Assembly: GCA_016298185.1 (NCBI GenBank)
Contig: JAEDDA010000001.1
Location: 15,974-79,973 of the forward strand
Reading direction: 5' to 3'
Length of the DNA stretch: 64,000 nt
Source of the DNA: Bacilli bacterium
Lineage (GTDB): Bacteria; Bacillota_I; Bacilli_A; RFN20; CAG-826
In this document: positions 1 through 9,128 of the stretch, in pieces
Position numbering within the stretch: the stretch's first letter is position 1
Layout: the number at the start of each line of letters is the position of its first letter
Program-made: the position numbers and the translations under genes
The notes under the pieces: generated by a model
Told to the model about the DNA's origin: nothing
The model's database searches: none
The model's input: the letters and a program-made list of their open reading frames with translations, nothing else

Positions 1-885
1 TTTATTGGTGCTGCACTTCATAGAGATGAACCATTAGATCACTTGCTTTTCTATGGCCCTCCTGGATTAGGAAAAACTACCTTAGCTTATGTCATCGCAA
101 ACGAGATGGGCGCGCATATCCATGTCGCTAGTGGACCAAGTATTGAAAAGATCGGTGATTTAGCCGCCATTTTATCCGCGGTTGAACCAGGTGATATTCT
201 TTTTATCGATGAGATTCATAGAATTCCTCGAATCGTCGAAGAATCACTTTATACGGCGATGGAAGACTTCAAATTTTCTGTGGTCATTAACCGCGATATG
301 AACGGGAAGGCCATTACATTAAATTTACCTCCTTTTACCCTCATTGGTGCAACCACCAGAGCAGGTGATTTGAGCGCTCCATTAAGAGAAAGATTCGGTA
401 TTACCGAAAAACTCCATTTTTACGACATTGACGAAGTAGAACAAATCGTCAAAAGAACAGCGAGAGTTTTTAATACAAAAATAAGCGATGATGCGGCGAT
501 AGAAATTGCCAAAAGAAGTCGTGGAACTCCACGTATCGCCAACCGCTTGTTTAAACGTGTTCGTGACTTCGCAAACTTCAAAGGAAAAGATGAAATTGAT
601 GTTAATGATGCTTTAGAAGCACTCAATGCTTTGAAGGTCGATAATATCGGCTTAGATGATGTTGATATTCGTTACTTAAGAACATTAATTGAACGTTTCA
701 ATGGTGGACCAGTTGGTCTTGATACATTAGCTAACGCGATTGGTGAAGAAATCATGAATTTAGAAGATGTCTATGAACCATATCTCTTACAAATCGGATT
801 CATTGATCGTACTCCTCGTGGAAGAGTGGCTTCGCCAAAAGCCTATAAACATCTAAAGATATCCCATCAAGGTTCATTATTTTAA
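1..885 (+). CDS. ruvB: Holliday junction branch migration ATPase RuvB (5' end outside window)
   Basis: Reading frame is open from nt 1 ([29 protein letters not shown] = RuvB Walker A region). The listed TTG at 43 is internal. AAA+ motifs and C-terminal winged-helix are present. Confidence 0.9.
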   Translation, partial: FIGAALHRDEPLDHLLFYGPPGLGKTTLAYVIANEMGAHIHVASGPSIEKIGDLAAILSAVEPGDILFIDEIHRIPRIVEESLYTAMEDFKFSVVINRDMNGKAITLNLPPFTLIGATTRAGDLSAPLRERFGITEKLHFYDIDEVEQIVKRTARVFNTKISDDAAIEIAKRSRGTPRIANRLFKRVRDFANFKGKDEIDVNDALEALNALKVDNIGLDDVDIRYLRTLIERFNGGPVGLDTLANAIGEEIMNLEDVYEPYLLQIGFIDRTPRGRVASPKAYKHLKISHQGSLF

Positions 886-896
886 GATAAAATCTT

Positions 897-923
897 TGCG
901 CATTATGTACGTGCGCATTTTTT
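897..923 (+). terminator. Rho-independent terminator after ruvB
   Basis: TGCGCA (897-902) / loop ttatgtacg / TGCGCA (912-917) followed by TTTTTT (918-923). Confidence 0.55.
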
Positions 924-924
924 A

Positions 925-953
925 TTGAAATGTACAAGCAATTAGTATATAGT
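925..953 (+). promoter_or_regulatory. Candidate sigma-A promoter for secDF
   Basis: TTGAAA (925-930), 17-nt spacer, TATAGT (948-953). GGAGG RBS at ~996 before the ATG at 1009. Confidence 0.45.
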
Positions 954-1008
954 TTTTAATGACGCGCAAAGCGCATATGTATTTTTTGTATATACAGGAG
1001 GAAATTAT

Positions 1009-3750
1009 ATGAGAAGATTGTGGTCTTACGTTGTACTCACAGGCGCCTCATTAGTATTAATGGGTGCGACATTTTCTAACGTATTCAAACAAAGCACCTC
1101 AAATATTGAATATGCCGATGGTAAAGAAATGGTTTTCCGTCTTGAAGATAAGGAAACCGGTAACGCTTTAGATGAAGATGCAAGAACTGATGATGGTGAA
1201 ATCCCATCCGAAGCTATTGCTAATAGCATGATGAAGCGTCTTGATGCTTTAAAAATTACCAACTATCAAGTTTTTACTGAAGGTCATGACACTGTTAAGG
1301 TTGTTTTGAAACAAAACAATGATTCTAATTATCAAAATATTCAAAACTTAATGACATTTAATGGTTCATTAGCCCTCTCCTCCAGAGTTGATGATGCCCC
1401 AGTTTTAAATAACGCAAATGAAGAAGAAAAATTCCTTACTGGTAATGCCTACATGGAAACCAAAAATGATTATCCATCAATTAACATTCCAGTCGGTGAT
1501 CACTTCAAAGAATTATATGATGTTGTGAAACAAGCTAAAGAAGATGGTAAAACAGAATACGCTGAAACCTCTACAGAAGGCGAAGGTGAAGAAGCCACCA
1601 CAACAGAAACATACTATTTATACTTATGGCACGACTACGCCGAAGGCGATAAATTCTCTTACACAATTTCCGGAAACGAAAATTACGATGAGAAAGTCGC
1701 ACAAAAAGTATTCATGAATTTCGATATCGCCGAACTTCAAAAACTTGAAGAAGAAGATAAAGAAATCGATAAATTAACTGCTTATGTTAACATTCAAGAC
1801 GTCAATAGCAACGGTCAATACGAAGCTTCTGAAGTCAGAAAAGCATTCGATACCGCTAGATACTATGTTGCCTTAATTAACAGTGGTGCGTTGGAATACA
1901 AAGTTTCCTTCTTATATTCCACAAATGTTAGCGCTTCTACTGAAGCATTAATTAATATTGCTTCTTCTGGTCCACAACTCGCTTGGTCAGCGACCTTAAG
2001 AGCGACAATTGTCTGTGTTGTTGTCTTATCCTTATTGGCCGCGGTCTTCTATCGCTTAAGCGCATTAGCCTTAGCCACAACCACAATTGGTAGTGTCTTC
2101 GCTGGTGTCGCTAGTATCATCTTATTCACCGCTGAATTCAATGCTGCTGGTTTAATCGCTTTAGTGGCTGTTGCCATTGCTGCGTTAGCTTCTAACGTTA
2201 TCTATTTAACAAAGCTAAAAGATGAAGCGTATCGTGGCCGTTCTTTGAAGAAAGCCAACTCTGAAGCCGCGAAAAAATCCTTATTACCAATCTTAGATGT
2301 CAATGTTGTCTTAATTATCATTGGTGTCTTCGCATATATCTTTGGCGGCGCTTTAATGAGAAGCTTTGCCATCATCTCCGTTATCGGTGGTCTTGCCTCA
2401 CTTATCTTAAACTTATTAATTTTAAGAGGCTTAATGTGGTTAGTTACTAACGCCACAAAATTACAAGGCAAATACGAAATGTTTGGTATCGACTCTAAGA
2501 GAGTTCCAAATCTCTTAAAAGAAGAAAAACAAACATTCTTTGGTTCCTATGCTGATAAAGATTTCACCCATAAGAAAAAACCTGTTGGTATCATCGCTTC
2601 TGTCTTATTAGTGGCTGGTATCGCTGGTATGATCACCTTTGGTGCTTTAAAAGATAGAGAATCCTTCGTTAGCAAGAATAGCGAAGCTAAATATACTGAA
2701 ATCTTCTTCGAAAGCAAGATTGAGCACGCTCCTGTTACTGAAACATTAGTAAGAGAAATCTTAGCCAATACATTTGTTTATCAAGGTGAAGATGATTCTA
2801 AAGCTACACCTATTGAAGACAAGGTTGCGGATGTTATTTATAACGAATCCACAGAAACCAAGAAAGAAGAAGGCGTTGAAACCATAATTTATCACACATA
2901 CTGTGTTGTTAAATTTAACGAAACCATCTCTGATGAAAAATACAATGCCTACTATGTAGAATTCAATGAAGAAGGCCAAGAAATCGCCCGTTACCACAGC
3001 ACTGATGAAACAGAAGGTGGTATCGTCGGTTTAATCGCCAATAGAATTGATAACAGTGGTGATAAAGATATTCTCTCTTCATCCATTAAGAATGTTAAAT
3101 CTGTATCTACAGAACAACCTGAATTTTTCCCAATCATTTGGGGTACATTAGTCGGTTTAGCAGTTAGCGCTGTTTACTTATTACTCAGATACCGCTTATC
3201 ACGTGGTTTGGCGACATTAATCGTTCCTACAGGCGTGACCGCAATCGTCGCTGGCGCATTAGCATTCGTCCGTGTTGGACATTTAGCTGCTCTCAACTAT
3301 TCCATCGTTGTCTTACCAGTTATCGCATTCTTTGGATTAGTAGTAGGTATCTTCTTCATGAATAGAGAAAGAGAATTAGTCTTAGAAGATAAGAATCACG
3401 ACACTTCTATTGAAAATAGAAACGCCATTATGATTAGAGCTAATTCCTTAGCTTATTCTTCAATTCTTTTATTAAGCGTCCTCGCTATTTATATCGCTAT
3501 CAACTTCTTCGGATTTGGTGCTAGTGGAAATGCTTGGATGTTCTTAGTCCTCGTTATCGGTGTCATCCTTGTGGCGTTCTTAGAAACAACACTCTATGGT
3601 CCAGTTTCTCAACTCTTCTATAAGTTGTTCTCCAAAGTTAACATGGATAAATTCACCAACCTCTTCAAACGCAAGAAAAAGAAAAAGGTCGTAAAAACAC
3701 CTCACTCTGCGGAACCTGAAGAAAGAACCTTCATTGGTATTAACGACTAA
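1009..3750 (+). CDS. secDF: Fused protein translocase subunit SecDF (12 TM, two large extracytoplasmic domains, acidic insertion in P1-like domain)
   Basis: 913 aa with topology TM1–large loop–TM2-6–large loop–TM7-12. SecD-like segment NVIYLTKLKDEAYRGRSL...ILDVNVVLIIIGVFAYIFGG. SecF-like segment SIENRNAIMIRANSLAYSSILL. Position next to recJ matches B. subtilis. Confidence 0.75.
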   Translation: MRRLWSYVVLTGASLVLMGATFSNVFKQSTSNIEYADGKEMVFRLEDKETGNALDEDARTDDGEIPSEAIANSMMKRLDALKITNYQVFTEGHDTVKVVLKQNNDSNYQNIQNLMTFNGSLALSSRVDDAPVLNNANEEEKFLTGNAYMETKNDYPSINIPVGDHFKELYDVVKQAKEDGKTEYAETSTEGEGEEATTTETYYLYLWHDYAEGDKFSYTISGNENYDEKVAQKVFMNFDIAELQKLEEEDKEIDKLTAYVNIQDVNSNGQYEASEVRKAFDTARYYVALINSGALEYKVSFLYSTNVSASTEALINIASSGPQLAWSATLRATIVCVVVLSLLAAVFYRLSALALATTTIGSVFAGVASIILFTAEFNAAGLIALVAVAIAALASNVIYLTKLKDEAYRGRSLKKANSEAAKKSLLPILDVNVVLIIIGVFAYIFGGALMRSFAIISVIGGLASLILNLLILRGLMWLVTNATKLQGKYEMFGIDSKRVPNLLKEEKQTFFGSYADKDFTHKKKPVGIIASVLLVAGIAGMITFGALKDRESFVSKNSEAKYTEIFFESKIEHAPVTETLVREILANTFVYQGEDDSKATPIEDKVADVIYNESTETKKEEGVETIIYHTYCVVKFNETISDEKYNAYYVEFNEEGQEIARYHSTDETEGGIVGLIANRIDNSGDKDILSSSIKNVKSVSTEQPEFFPIIWGTLVGLAVSAVYLLLRYRLSRGLATLIVPTGVTAIVAGALAFVRVGHLAALNYSIVVLPVIAFFGLVVGIFFMNRERELVLEDKNHDTSIENRNAIMIRANSLAYSSILLLSVLAIYIAINFFGFGASGNAWMFLVLVIGVILVAFLETTLYGPVSQLFYKLFSKVNMDKFTNLFKRKKKKKVVKTPHSAEPEERTFIGIND

Positions 3751-3757
3751 AATAATT

Positions 3758-3782
3758 AGGCTGCCTCATAGGTGGCCTTTTT
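3758..3782 (+). terminator. Hairpin plus T-run at the secDF/recJ junction (possible terminator or attenuator)
   Basis: AGGCTGCC / loop tcata / GGTGGCCT (8 bp including two G-U pairs) followed by TTTTT. Overlaps the GTG listed as recJ start. Confidence 0.35.
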
Positions 3783-5352
3783 ACGCAATATGAAAGACAC
3801 ATTATTTGAACGTTTATTAAAGCACTATAAAATCGATGAACAAGGATATAACGAATTGATCGCTCCTGTCAGTATCGAATCTTTTGCCGCTGGTCATGAA
3901 TTCAAAGATATGGATAAAGCAGTCTCTTTAGTTAAAGAAGCAATTGCTAATAAAGACAAAATTTTTATCTATGGTGACTATGACGCAGACGGCATTATGT
4001 CGACTTCTATTGTTGTGAAGAGTTTATTAACTCTTGGTGTAGTGCCTTTATTCTACATTCCTAACCGTTATAATGACGGATACGGAATCACTCTTAGTAA
4101 AGCCGAAGAAATCGTCTCTAAAGGCGTAAAATTAGTGATTACTGTGGATAATGGTATATCCGCGAACGAGCCAATTGCTTATTTAAAAGAAAAAGGTGTT
4201 AAAGTCTTAGTTATTGATCACCATACCGTTCCAGAAGTAGTTCCTAACGCTGATGTCATCATTCATCCTTCCTATAGTGGATTTGGTGAAGTGGCAACTA
4301 GTGCAGGATTTGTTTCCTTTATGTTTTCTTGGTCCTTATTAGGCCGTTTTGATAAATATTTATCAACATTAGCATCAATTTCTTTGATCAGCGATATGAT
4401 GCCTCTACTTGACTATAATCGTCGTTTCTTAAGACTCGTATTCCAAAACTATAAAGAAGGCGAATTCTATCCAATCGACTTATTAAAAGAAGACGGTGTT
4501 TATGATGAAAATGCAATCGGCATGAGAATCGCTCCTAAGATCAATGCTTTAGGAAGATTATTAGATAATGAAAGCATCAATCATATCGTTAGATATTTTG
4601 TCACCCCTGATATGAGTATTGTTAATAAACTCTATGCTTGGATTGCAAAAACTAATGATGAGAGAAAAGCCGAGAGTAAACTCGCGGAAGAAAATATGCC
4701 TGATGTGAACACAGATGATAGTGCAATTGTCATTATCAGTGATGTCAAAGAAGGAATTATGGGATTAATTGCAAATAGTATTTGTTCTAAAATCCGAAAA
4801 CCTACAATTGTGTTTACACAAGAAAAGGATGCCGCTGTCTTAAAAGGCAGTTGTCGTGCACCAGAAGGATTTAATGTGGTGAAAGCCTTTAATTCCTGTT
4901 CTGACTTGGTACTTACCGCAGGTGGACACGCTTTAGCGGGTGGCTGCTCTATCTATAAAAAAGACTTCGAAGAATTCAAAAGAAGATTCATCAAATTCAC
5001 TAATGAAAATCCATTAGAAGTGGAAAAAGAAGATGAAGTGGAAATTGGCTTAACTGAGATTAATGATGATAACTATGCATTAATTCAAACATTCTCACCA
5101 TTTGGCGAGAGTTGGAAAGCGCCAACCCTCTTACTCAAGAGAATCCGTGTTGACTCACTAACCTTCTCTAAAACTGGTGAACACTTATTGTCTTATATCG
5201 GAAGCAGCAATAAATTGACTGGATTTGGCATTAGCAAAAACAAATTTGAAGATTTGGATTTTGTTGATTTCATCGGAAAATTAAAAGTGTCTTACTTCAA
5301 GGGTATGAAGTCTTTAGATTTCAATATTAAAACCTTCAGATCTTGCAAGTAA
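3772..5352 (+). CDS. recJ: Single-stranded-DNA-specific exonuclease RecJ (DHH/DHHA1 phosphoesterase), short form
   Basis: DYDADGIMS and VIDHHTV (DHH) motifs. Listed start is GTG at 3772; an ATG at 3790 (MKDTLFERLL) lies downstream of the hairpin and may be the true start. Confidence 0.8.
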   Translation: MAFLRNMKDTLFERLLKHYKIDEQGYNELIAPVSIESFAAGHEFKDMDKAVSLVKEAIANKDKIFIYGDYDADGIMSTSIVVKSLLTLGVVPLFYIPNRYNDGYGITLSKAEEIVSKGVKLVITVDNGISANEPIAYLKEKGVKVLVIDHHTVPEVVPNADVIIHPSYSGFGEVATSAGFVSFMFSWSLLGRFDKYLSTLASISLISDMMPLLDYNRRFLRLVFQNYKEGEFYPIDLLKEDGVYDENAIGMRIAPKINALGRLLDNESINHIVRYFVTPDMSIVNKLYAWIAKTNDERKAESKLAEENMPDVNTDDSAIVIISDVKEGIMGLIANSICSKIRKPTIVFTQEKDAAVLKGSCRAPEGFNVVKAFNSCSDLVLTAGGHALAGGCSIYKKDFEEFKRRFIKFTNENPLEVEKEDEVEIGLTEINDDNYALIQTFSPFGESWKAPTLLLKRIRVDSLTFSKTGEHLLSYIGSSNKLTGFGISKNKFEDLDFVDFIGKLKVSYFKGMKSLDFNIKTFRSCK

Positions 5353-5380
5353 TTGTTTAACCTTCAAAGATTTATATTTT

Positions 5381-5405
5381 AGCGGATGATAAGTCCGCTT
5401 TTTAA
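5381..5405 (+). terminator. Rho-independent terminator after recJ
   Basis: AGCGGA / tgataagt / TCCGCT followed by TTTTT. Confidence 0.6.
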
Positions 5406-5484
5406 TATTATGTTTTCTTCATGTGTTGTTTATTTTATATATTGTGATAAACTTGTAGGAAGTTAATAAAATTAACTTAAAATT

Positions 5485-7290
5485 ATGTTATTCGGACGCT
5501 ATATCAACAAATATTATCTCAAGTACGCCATCTTCTTCATTATTGGAGTGGCAGCTTTAGTCATGATTGACATAGCGCAGTTATTTGTTCCGGAATATTT
5601 AGGCGAGATTGTCGATACCTTAACCAAGGCTAATGGCGTATTAACCAATGAGATGAAAGATCGTCTTATTTATATCATTATTGCCACATTAGTTATTGCT
5701 GGTGTGATGATGCTTGGCAGAATGCTTTGGCGTTTTACCATCTTCCACGCAAGTTACAAAATCGAGGCGAATTTAAGGGAAGAAATGTTCCTTAAAGCGT
5801 CCAGATTATCGCAAAGATATTATCATGAGAATAAAGTTGGCACCGTTATGGCGTGGTTTACCAATGATATTGAAGTAATAAGTGACTTCTTTGGATGGGG
5901 CACAATTATGCTTGTTGACGCTGCATTTATGTCAGTGTTCGTCATTGTGAAAATGGTGATGCTTGACTGGGTGTTATCTATCATCTCCTTTATTCCAATA
6001 ATTTTAATTATTATTTGGGGATTATTCGTCGAAAAAATCATGTCTATGAAATGGGATATGAGACAAAAGTCTTTCGATAGCCTCTATGATTTATCTCAAG
6101 AAACATTCACTGGTATCGGTGTTATTAAAGCATTTGTTAAAGAAACACAACAATTACACGTTTTCGCAAAGATGGCGAGAAAAGACAAAGATGTGAACAT
6201 TTCCTTTGCCCGTATCTCTGTCGCTTTTGATGTCGCGATCTCAATTATTATTTCGGCTGTTATAAGCATCATCATGGGATTTGGTGGGTGGTTTGTTTAT
6301 TCCTATGTAACTGGTAGTCCAGTAGTGATATTTGGCCACCAAGTAAATATGGCTTTAGGCAAACTCGTCACATTCACTGGTTATTTCGATTTATTGATTT
6401 GGCCTATGATCGCTTTAGGACAAATTATTTCTATGCACTCTAGAGCAACAACCTCTTTAAAAAGAATTACTAAGTTCCTCGACGAAGAAGAAGAGATTCA
6501 TAATCGTGATGGTGCGATTGTCTTGAAGAATGTTTCTGGACATATCAAATTCAATAATTTTACCTTCACATATCCAGGAAGTAATACTCCATCATTAAAG
6601 AATATCTCTTTAGAGATAAAAGAAGGAGAAACCATCGGCATTGTCGGAAAGATTGGGTGTGGTAAAACCACATTAGTTAACTCCTTGTTGCACTTATACA
6701 ATATCGAAGATAATGCGATAGAAATTGATGGCATTAACTTGATGGATTGTAACATCGCTTCTTTAAGAAATAATATTGCATATGTTCCACAAGATAACTT
6801 CTTATTTAGTGACAAGATTTCTAACAACGTTTCTTTCGCTAATGAAGATATGACCATGGATAAGATTATTGAAAGCGCACAATTTGCTGACATTAATAAA
6901 GACATCACTGGTTTCAAAGAAGGATATAACACCATTTCTGGCGAAAGAGGTGTCACTCTTTCTGGTGGTCAAAAACAAAGAATTTCTATTGCAAGAGCGT
7001 ACGCGAAGAACGCTCCTATTATGATTTTAGACGACTCTGTCAGCGCAGTGGATGTGAAGACAGAAGAAACAATTTTACATAATATCCGTGAGGGAAGAAA
7101 AGGCAAAACCACTTTAGTGGTTGCTTCTCGTGTTTCCACGGTTAGTCACTTAGATAAGATCATCGTTTTAAATGATGGTGAACTTGAAGCTTATGGTTCT
7201 CATAAGGAACTTTTAAAGATCTCACCAACATATCAAAAGATGGTTTATCTCCAAGAGTTAGAAAAAGAAGTGGAAGGAGGTAATGATTAA
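5485..7290 (+). CDS. ABC exporter subunit (fused TMD + NBD)
   Basis: N-terminal 6-TM domain. C-terminal NBD with Walker A GKIGCGKTT, signature LSGGQKQR, Walker B ILDDSVSAVD. Confidence 0.8.
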   Translation: MLFGRYINKYYLKYAIFFIIGVAALVMIDIAQLFVPEYLGEIVDTLTKANGVLTNEMKDRLIYIIIATLVIAGVMMLGRMLWRFTIFHASYKIEANLREEMFLKASRLSQRYYHENKVGTVMAWFTNDIEVISDFFGWGTIMLVDAAFMSVFVIVKMVMLDWVLSIISFIPIILIIIWGLFVEKIMSMKWDMRQKSFDSLYDLSQETFTGIGVIKAFVKETQQLHVFAKMARKDKDVNISFARISVAFDVAISIIISAVISIIMGFGGWFVYSYVTGSPVVIFGHQVNMALGKLVTFTGYFDLLIWPMIALGQIISMHSRATTSLKRITKFLDEEEEIHNRDGAIVLKNVSGHIKFNNFTFTYPGSNTPSLKNISLEIKEGETIGIVGKIGCGKTTLVNSLLHLYNIEDNAIEIDGINLMDCNIASLRNNIAYVPQDNFLFSDKISNNVSFANEDMTMDKIIESAQFADINKDITGFKEGYNTISGERGVTLSGGQKQRISIARAYAKNAPIMILDDSVSAVDVKTEETILHNIREGRKGKTTLVVASRVSTVSHLDKIIVLNDGELEAYGSHKELLKISPTYQKMVYLQELEKEVEGGND

Positions 7291-9061
7291 TATGGCTAGT
7301 GAAGATTTAGACAAATTAAAAGGCGATAGAAAATTACCTCGTAAGATTCTTTTCAAACGCACATGGCAATATGTGAAGAAAGAATGGGTTTCATTATTAT
7401 TTGCCTTCCTACTCGTTTTTGTAGGTGTGGCCATTGATATTGTTTTCCCACTTTTCATGCAGCACTTAACAAATACCCTACAAAATCCAACTGATCAAAC
7501 TTTAAAAATCATCCTTATGATCGCGATTGGACAAGTGGTGTTAGCGGTTATTTTCCAACTCTTAACATATTTTGAAGCAATGATTCTTCAAAAAGCAGGA
7601 CAAAGAATCGTATTAAAACTTCGTGAAGAAGTGTTTGATCACATCTTGCACATGTCACAAAACCAATTTAATGACATGCCAGTTGGTTCGTTAGTTACAA
7701 GAGTGGTTTCCTATACAGCCTCCTTATCAGAATTATTTACATCAATCCTTGTTAATTTAATTAAGAATATCTTAATGATATTCGGCGTTTATGGAATGAT
7801 GTTCTATATTTCTTGGAAGCTGTCTTTGGTAATGCTCGCATTCGTGGTCGTTGTGTTCGCGATTTCAATGATCTTTAGAAAGATTATCCATAAGATTTTC
7901 ACACAAGAAAGACAATACATCTCCGACCTCAACACATTCTTAAATGAAAACTTATCCGGTATGAAGATTATTCAAATCTTTAATCAGGAAAAAAGAAAAC
8001 ATAAAGAATTTATTAAGAAAAATGACGCTTTAAGAAAAGTTCGTTATAAAGTCTTAATTGCCTTTGGCATTTATCGTCCACTTATTTCCTTTATTTATTT
8101 CGGTGCAGTGGCAGTGACATTTACATTTGCCTTACAAACGATTATTGGCGCTGGCGAAGTGGTGGCATTCTATCTCTACTTAAGCAAATTCTTCAACCCT
8201 ATCCAAAATATCGCTGACCAACTCAACGGTATCCAAAGAGCGGTTACCGCAAGCGAAAGGCTATTCAACCTCATGGATGTTAAGCCTGAGGTGCTAGATA
8301 CTCCAGACGCCGTAGAAATTGACCATTTCGAAGGAAAAATCGAGTTCAAAAACGTTTGGTTTGCTTATAAGCAAGATGAATGGATTTTAAAAGATGTCTC
8401 CTTTACAATTAACCCACGTGAAACATGCGCGTTTGTCGGTGCGACGGGTGCAGGTAAAACCACAATCTTAAGTCTTATTGTCCGTAACTATGAAATCCAG
8501 AAGGGACAAATTCTTATCGATGGAATGGACATTAAAAAGATTAAGATTCAATCCTTAAGAAAAGCGATTGGCCAAATGCTACAAGACGTCTTCTTATTCA
8601 GTGGTTCTATCAAAGATAACATTACTTTAAAAGATGAAAGATTCACGATGGAAGAAATCGAAGAAACTTGTAAGTATGTGAATGCTGATCAATTCATTAA
8701 CAAACTCACAAATAAATATGATGAGGAAGTTATTGAAAGAGGTGAGAACTATTCCCAAGGTCAAAGACAATTATTGTCCTTTGCAAGAACAGTTATCCAT
8801 AAACCTCAAATCCTCATTCTTGATGAGGCCACCGCGAATATCGATACAGAGACTGAAGTTTTAATCCAAGACTCATTAGAAAAGATTAAGAACATTGGTA
8901 CAATGTTAATCGTTGCTCACCGCTTATCGACAGTTCAAAAAGCTGATCAGATAATCGTCTTACAAAATGGTGAGATTGCAGAACGCGGTACACATCAACA
9001 ATTACTTAAAAATCACGGTTATTATTACAAACTGTATAAACTCCAATTTGAAGAAAGATAA
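7283..9061 (+). CDS. ABC exporter subunit (fused TMD + NBD), probable heterodimer partner of the upstream gene
   Basis: 8-nt overlap with the upstream gene. Walker A GATGAGKTT, signature YSQGQRQL, Walker B LILDEATANID. Confidence 0.8.
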   Translation: MINMASEDLDKLKGDRKLPRKILFKRTWQYVKKEWVSLLFAFLLVFVGVAIDIVFPLFMQHLTNTLQNPTDQTLKIILMIAIGQVVLAVIFQLLTYFEAMILQKAGQRIVLKLREEVFDHILHMSQNQFNDMPVGSLVTRVVSYTASLSELFTSILVNLIKNILMIFGVYGMMFYISWKLSLVMLAFVVVVFAISMIFRKIIHKIFTQERQYISDLNTFLNENLSGMKIIQIFNQEKRKHKEFIKKNDALRKVRYKVLIAFGIYRPLISFIYFGAVAVTFTFALQTIIGAGEVVAFYLYLSKFFNPIQNIADQLNGIQRAVTASERLFNLMDVKPEVLDTPDAVEIDHFEGKIEFKNVWFAYKQDEWILKDVSFTINPRETCAFVGATGAGKTTILSLIVRNYEIQKGQILIDGMDIKKIKIQSLRKAIGQMLQDVFLFSGSIKDNITLKDERFTMEEIEETCKYVNADQFINKLTNKYDEEVIERGENYSQGQRQLLSFARTVIHKPQILILDEATANIDTETEVLIQDSLEKIKNIGTMLIVAHRLSTVQKADQIIVLQNGEIAERGTHQQLLKNHGYYYKLYKLQFEER

Positions 9062-9083
9062 AGCTCATATCATGGGCTTTTTC
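9062..9083 (+). terminator. Rho-independent terminator after ABC exporter pair
   Basis: AGCUCAU / auc / AUGGGCU (7 bp, one G-U) followed by TTTTT. Confidence 0.45.
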
Positions 9084-9128
9084 TTTTATTCTTAAAGGGA
9101 CATTCCTTTTATTTTCTTTATAAAATAA

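Noticed and set aside
43-885. RuvB listed as a complete ORF starting with TTG at 43
   Set aside because: The frame is open back to nt 1 and residues 1-42 align with the RuvB Walker A upstream region. The gene is 5'-truncated by the window edge rather than starting at 43.
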